DNA from: an uncultured virus (IMG/VR IMGVR_UViG_3300037418_000929) | Lineage: Duplodnaviria > Heunggongvirae > Uroviricota > Caudoviricetes | Length of the DNA: 30,805 bases | Strand: one strand, 5' to 3' | Virus record (IMG/VR): IMGVR_UViG_3300037418_000929 | Notes under the pieces: model-generated | What the model saw: the letters and a program-made list of their open reading frames with translations, nothing else | Database searches by the model: none | What the model was told of the DNA's origin: nothing | Made by a program: the position numbers and the translations under genes | Shown: positions 26,898-30,805 of the stretch, piece by piece | Layout: every line of letters starts with the position of its first letter | Numbering within the stretch: position 1 is the first letter of the stretch

Positions 26898-27288
26898 AGT
26901 GGTGGTGTCCTCCTTCCCACACACCGTTCTCTACGAGCAGCGTGTCGTGAACTTCGGGGTTGTACTCGTACACCCACACCGTCCTGCCCTCTTCGGTTCG
27001 GTACTGCGACCGCCCGTAGTAGTTCGGATAGCCCTCGTAGTTGTCGAGCATCTGTGGGAGGATTTCATCCGTTATGCGGTACACTTCACCCGTGACCGTG
27101 GGTTCCTCTGGATGAAACCGAGCACCGGCTTCGGCCACAGCTTTGAACCCCGGAAAACCTCCCAACGAATACATCTTACCGTTGACACGATCTTCTCCTA
27201 CGAATTCGCTGCGGCCTTGCATGACGGAGCTGGCACCGAACCCGTGCTTGAGGGTTCCGTACACGAGGATGTGATCACCGACCTTCAC
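26884..27288 (-). CDS. Gamma-glutamylcyclotransferase (AIG2/GGACT-like)
   Basis: VYGTLK.G, GEVY, LD.YEG.P..Y.R; GGAGG SD before GTG 27288. Confidence 0.92.
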   Translation of the reverse strand: MKVGDHILVYGTLKHGFGASSVMQGRSEFVGEDRVNGKMYSLGGFPGFKAVAEAGARFHPEEPTVTGEVYRITDEILPQMLDNYEGYPNYYGRSQYRTEEGRTVWVYEYNPEVHDTLLVENGVWEGGHHHYVHA

Positions 27289-27610
27289 GGAGAGCCTCCA
27301 ATGCTTTAGGAAAGCAAGTGCCGTGAACATACGTACCGTATGTTCGAACCAAGGTCGCAGCGCCCCTGAATCCGAACGCGTCTAGTATTCGAGCAAGCCG
27401 CTCGCGCTCTTCCGCCGTGGGTTCGTCGGGGTTGATGATGTTGTAGCCATCAAATCTTCGGCCGTTGGGCCCGATGTAAGTGCCGTCTGGATTGCGGTAG
27501 ACAAGCTGACGAGCCTTGTCGCAAATAAGTCGACCGTCGGAATGAAACGCCACCAGAGTGACTATCGAACCATTTCTGCACTTGTATTCCTTACCGATTT
27601 CCCACTTCAT
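27275..27610 (-). CDS. Hypothetical protein (MKWEIGKEYKCRNG...)
   Basis: AAGGAG SD before ATG 27610. Confidence 0.7.
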   Translation of the reverse strand: MKWEIGKEYKCRNGSIVTLVAFHSDGRLICDKARQLVYRNPDGTYIGPNGRRFDGYNIINPDEPTAEERERLARILDAFGFRGAATLVRTYGTYVHGTCFPKALEALREGR

Positions 27611-27633
27611 TTTGCCTCTCCTTAATTTTTCTC

Positions 27634-27661
27634 TTGACAAATTAAATTTACGTGGTATAAT
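27634..27661 (+). promoter_or_regulatory. Consensus sigma70 promoter oriented antisense to surrounding genes
   Basis: TTGACA-16 nt-TATAAT with GTGG before -10, same signature as the two minus-strand promoters. Confidence 0.8.
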
Positions 27662-28012
27662 GTATTATCTCTTGCGGTCCGTAAACCATACCTATGTAAG
27701 AGTGTAGGGGCATTTAGCCTCAGCCCCTACGAAAGAGGGTCGAACAAGGCAGTCTGCCTACCCACCCACCTCTAACAATCCACGCAGTTTCTCTGTCTTG
27801 CTCGACTGTTTACCACGCTACCGTGGTTGCATCACTTAGACATTTTCCGTCTTGAGTTAGTCCTACCCCACGTACGGTTGCGTCCTTTGGTAAGGTCCGT
27901 ACGCTCTAGGCTGTATGTTTTACTCTGAGGCAGCGCGGACGCTATTAAGAAATCACCACAGATACATGAGCCAGACACTAGAAGATTGAGGAGTCAGGAG
28001 TCGAACCTGATC
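27662..28012. ncRNA. Candidate structured non-coding RNA region
   Basis: About 350 nt without a credible ORF; several hairpins and a tRNA T-arm-like element. Confidence 0.4.
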
Positions 28013-28498
28013 TTAAGAGGCCGCTTTGCTCCCGAGTACTTCTGTCGTAGTGATGGAGTCCTGCTTCCCGGGTGGAATAGAATCCCATCCAGTTGGCGGG
28101 ACGGTGTGGTCCCCGTTGCACCTACCCTTTTCATCGGTGCAGAGGACGAACAAGTAAAGGTATTCGGGGTCGTCGTGATTGGCGTTGGTCCACCTACGTA
28201 CGCACTCGAACCCCTCGGACTTGATGATTTTCAGCCACGCGTCGTCGTAGCCGTGGGCTTGCGTCTCGTTCAAGATGAGGCAGAACATACGTCCGCCAGC
28301 CTTGTAAGTCCTTTTTTGATTGGCGATGCCGTCTCGAAAAGCCTGTTCATAACTTTTGGCTTTTGGGTTCGGCTCGTATCTCTTGGTCAGGGGATTGTAA
28401 ATGTTAGCATTCATACCAAACGGCGTCTTCGGATCATTGGCGAAACCGTATATCACGTCAGCACCGCAGCATCCAATAAACCCGGAAATGTTGCTCAC
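28013..28498 (-). CDS. CC-motif hypothetical protein, paralog 2
   Basis: GCCGADVIYGF...LILNETQ...AWLKIIKSEGFECV...N...PPTGW. Confidence 0.75.
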   Translation of the reverse strand: MSNISGFIGCCGADVIYGFANDPKTPFGMNANIYNPLTKRYEPNPKAKSYEQAFRDGIANQKRTYKAGGRMFCLILNETQAHGYDDAWLKIIKSEGFECVRRWTNANHDDPEYLYLFVLCTDEKGRCNGDHTVPPTGWDSIPPGKQDSITTTEVLGSKAAS

Positions 28499-28499
28499 G

Positions 28500-28901
28500 T
28501 CACCTAACCCCCATAATTCTCACGGGTTCATCTCTCCACCAGTCCGGAACTTTGTCGTCCCGACAGTTTCCTGTACACTTGTGGAATACGTTGCACCAAC
28601 CGCCGGTGGAGTTGTGGAACCGAGACACGAGCCGAAAGTCCCTGTCCTTCAGTTCTTTGATCCAGCGCGGAGAAGACGTGATTTGTCCATCTGTGAGAAT
28701 AACCTCAACGAGCTTGCCCCGGTTGTTTTCGGTGTTAGGTCCGACCTCAGCAAGTTTCTTTTTGAACTGTGTCAAAAACGTTGTGTACCGTGGCTTACCC
28801 GTCCTTGAGCTGTAGCCGTTGAAAACACGTGACGTCGGTCCGCCGAATCCCCACAGGTGGCGAACGCCACAGCAGTTGCCGCCGTGTTGTGACAAGTTCA
28901 T
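28500..28901 (-). CDS. CC-motif hypothetical protein, paralog 3
   Basis: NCCGVRHLWGF...VILTDGQ...RWIKELKDRDFRLV..F.N; GGAG SD. Confidence 0.75.
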   Translation of the reverse strand: MNLSQHGGNCCGVRHLWGFGGPTSRVFNGYSSRTGKPRYTTFLTQFKKKLAEVGPNTENNRGKLVEVILTDGQITSSPRWIKELKDRDFRLVSRFHNSTGGWCNVFHKCTGNCRDDKVPDWWRDEPVRIMGVR

Positions 28902-29471
28902 GGATGCTTCTCCGTTGCTCGTGTGTGTGAAAAATCGTGATAGATGAATGTGAGCAGTTGTTAACCGAGAATGCTCAGCTCGTCGGCGCGTGGATGGTTG
29001 AGGGGAGAGCTTAAGTCACCCTCTGTCGTGATCCAGTGGCCTAACTGAAATTGTTTTAGGGGAGATTGTCTCTCGACCCACAGGACGTGGGGAGATTACG
29101 TTAAATCGTAAGGTTCTTCACTCGGGGCTTGGAGCCGCAGAGGAACCTCGCTTCGATCTTACTTGTACTTGTGGAAGTGACCATCGTTCCGGTCTTTCTC
29201 GTTGACGTCTCACTGTTGTCGTGAGACTTGCCCTCGTGCAGCTTGAGCCCCCGCCCTCGCTGTTTGCTTAAAGTTGGCTGGCTTAAATGGCTCTTATCCG
29301 TCGGCCAGCCAGCGACGGAACCATTCGCACTAATTACAAAACTATCTCTATCTCTCTATGTCTCTAGTTTAACTTAAACTCTTAAGTCTTCATAGTCCGT
29401 TCCTCCTTTATTCACACGTCGGCGTGAATACTTCAAAAGAATAGGTGGTGAGCTTAGGTACTCATTTATTC
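28902..29471. ncRNA. Structure-rich non-coding leader with pseudoknots
   Basis: No credible long ORF; many hairpins; H-type pseudoknots at 28951-28982 and 29275-29325. Confidence 0.4.
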
Positions 29472-29539
29472 CCCGACTGGGAGGACTCCACGCGACGCCG
29501 TAGCGTTTCTGCTTGCGCTTCGTCAGGCGAAATGTCGGG
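29472..29539 (-). ncRNA. Type I hammerhead ribozyme variant (copy 2)
   Basis: CGC-CUGACGA-A GC GCAA GC A-GAA-ACGC UACG GCGU-C-GCG inside outer stem CCCGAC/GUCGGG; intergenic. Confidence 0.72.
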
Positions 29540-29584
29540 CCAGATGCTCCAATGTCCTCACCTCGGGAGCCAACGCCTCTTTAA

Positions 29585-30187
29585 TTACTTCAGCGAAACG
29601 ATCCGCATCGCCGCACCAGCCCGAGGCTTGTGGCAGCGGTCGAACAGTTCTTGCCACTTGTGCGGGGCGACTTCGCGCAGCACGGCCTCAACCAGTGCCT
29701 TGTCGATCACCTTGCTTCCGGCGTTCTTCTTGACGGAGATTGAGAACTCCGCCGAGTTGTACGTCATCTGCGTTTCGCCTTCGACGTAATCGGAAGGATC
29801 ACCGAACACACCTTCTTTTGCAGCTTGTTCAGCCGCTTGCTCAAGGCGCTTGTTACAACGCCGAGCTACGTGATCCCACATGGCGAACTCGGCAGCCGCC
29901 TGTCCGTTGTTGTGACTGCGAGACACAGGGAATTGCGTCTGAGGCAGCTTCTCCGTACCGAAGGCGTTGATGAACCCGTCTAACGAGTCCTTCGCGTCCT
30001 TCGCCGTCTTGCCTTCGGGGTCGGCGTGTTCCGGTAGGTCCAGAACTACGTCCACCTTCATCTGCGGAGGCTGCTCGACACCGCCGAACATTTCCTTCAC
30101 TCTGTCTTTGCTGTTAGGGGAAGGCGGCTGCGAGGTTGCCCCCGCCTCCGGGGCTTTGATGCCCAGCGTCTTTCGTTTGTTAGCCAT
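29585..30187 (-). CDS. Hypothetical early protein (200 aa)
   Basis: AAGGAG SD before ATG 30187; no family recognised. Confidence 0.75.
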   Translation of the reverse strand: MANKRKTLGIKAPEAGATSQPPSPNSKDRVKEMFGGVEQPPQMKVDVVLDLPEHADPEGKTAKDAKDSLDGFINAFGTEKLPQTQFPVSRSHNNGQAAAEFAMWDHVARRCNKRLEQAAEQAAKEGVFGDPSDYVEGETQMTYNSAEFSISVKKNAGSKVIDKALVEAVLREVAPHKWQELFDRCHKPRAGAAMRIVSLK

Positions 30188-30359
30188 GTTCTTCTCCTTC
30201 GAGAATGTTCGCACAAATCAACTCAATTCGCTTGCGTTCTACAATCGACGCCGCTACGTTTAAGCCTGCGCCAACGAACGCCTTAGCGGCGAACGAGCCT
30301 TCTATTTCTTCAGCCTTAATGGCGTCGACTAGCTCGCTAAGTAACTTATCGTGATCCAT
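30180..30359 (-). CDS. Small hypothetical protein (MDHDKLL..., 59 aa)
   Basis: 3' part of the listed 101-aa ORF; overlaps the next gene start. Confidence 0.5.
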   Translation of the reverse strand: MDHDKLLSELVDAIKAEEIEGSFAAKAFVGAGLNVAASIVERKRIELICANILEGEEHG

Positions 30360-30511
30360 AGCGCCGTTCCCAGCAACGTGATAGATGCAATCCACGCCAG
30401 CGCCCAGTGACCGTCCACATACGTTACGCCAGAGCAACGCCGGCACTGGCACCAAGCTACGTGGTAGTCGTAAACGTCGTGGCACGTTCTAGTTCTGTGG
30501 CGTATCATCAT
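30329..30511 (-). CDS. Small Cys/His-rich protein with C-terminal TM helix
   Basis: H...CQCRRC followed by WALAWIASITLLGTALWITISYL; GGGGG SD-like run. Confidence 0.6.
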   Translation of the reverse strand: MMIRHRTRTCHDVYDYHVAWCQCRRCSGVTYVDGHWALAWIASITLLGTALWITISYLAS

Positions 30512-30534
30512 CGTTCACCCCCTTTTAATGTGCC

Positions 30535-30805
30535 CTATCGCCGACCGAGTAGGACGGTGATCGTGTCGATTGCCTGTTCAACGATTTTTGCCGAGGCGAA
30601 GTCGGCATCACTTTCCAGCATGCCCCTGACGTATTTCAGGTTCTCCACCAGCTCCTCGACATTGCTGAGGTCGGGGGCGGGGCGGGCGGCTTGCATGGCG
30701 GTGTAAATCGCGGCCACATGCTGCGCCTCAACGTCTGCCCGAGTGTCGCCGCAGTAGATGCCTCCATTGAGCGCGATGCGGCCCGCTTCGAGCATTTCGC
30801 GCGTG
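30535..30805 (-). CDS. Hypothetical protein, probably 5'-truncated by window edge
   Basis: ORF continues toward the window end; no family recognised. Confidence 0.5.
   Translation of the reverse strand, partial: TREMLEAGRIALNGGIYCGDTRADVEAQHVAAIYTAMQAARPAPDLSNVEELVENLKYVRGMLESDADFASAKIVEQAIDTITVLLGRR

Noticed and set aside
22337..27309. Long plus-strand ORFs opposite the ligase cluster (e.g. 22337-23005, 23925-24662, 26397-27095)
   Set aside because: Antisense shadows of well-supported genes; no motifs recognised.
27662..28035. Intact tRNA, permuted tmRNA or attP site
   Set aside because: Only a T-arm and a partial acceptor match; no CCA, D-arm or tag reading frame, and no integrase in the window.
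29111..29148. GCGGCUCCAAGCCCCG (minus) resembling twister ribozyme P4/L4
   Set aside because: No upstream UAA cleavage element or downstream pseudoknot partner in the right place.
29275..29325. Pistol ribozyme call
   Set aside because: P1 and pseudoknot are similar, but the conserved GCG, P3 and GU cleavage junction were not found; kept only as a pseudoknot.
29101..29335. About 80-codon open frame on the minus strand within the non-coding island
   Set aside because: No canonical start with an SD near its 5' end, and the sequence is better explained by RNA structure.
29366..29385. CtrA box (TTAA-N7-TTAA)
   Set aside because: TTAA half-sites are present but not at 7-nt spacing.
1..30805. Stop-codon reassignment, introns or inteins
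   Set aside because: TAA, TAG and TGA all end genes at sensible places; Pol, helicase and NrdJ are uninterrupted and of normal length.

Overview
A 30.8 kb slice of a lytic-type podovirus genome with two convergent arms. The + strand (1-9559) carries P22-like tail and DNA-ejection genes (one with a lytic transglycosylase domain), a holin/GH24 endolysin cassette and a trypsin-like protease. The - strand (9659-30805) carries a class II B12-dependent ribonucleotide reductase, nucleases, SSB, a family A DNA polymerase, a primase-helicase and a phiEco32-type peptide/amide ligase cluster (ATP-grasp, two COOH-NH2 ligases, class I and II glutamine amidotransferases, gamma-glutamylcyclotransferase). 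No integrase, RNA polymerase or CRISPR array is visible. Four signals go beyond the ORF track. (1) Two intergenic copies of a hammerhead ribozyme variant covary and share the same non-canonical A.A-closed 2-bp stem II. (2) AUA/AUU start codons appear to be used repeatedly, including for nrdJ and ssb. (3) Two ORF-poor, structure-rich regions contain pseudoknots, a strong antisense promoter, a tRNA-like arm and a minigene. (4) Three paralogous CC-motif proteins bracket the ligase cluster. All protein calls come from motif recognition by eye; no database searches or folding programs were run.
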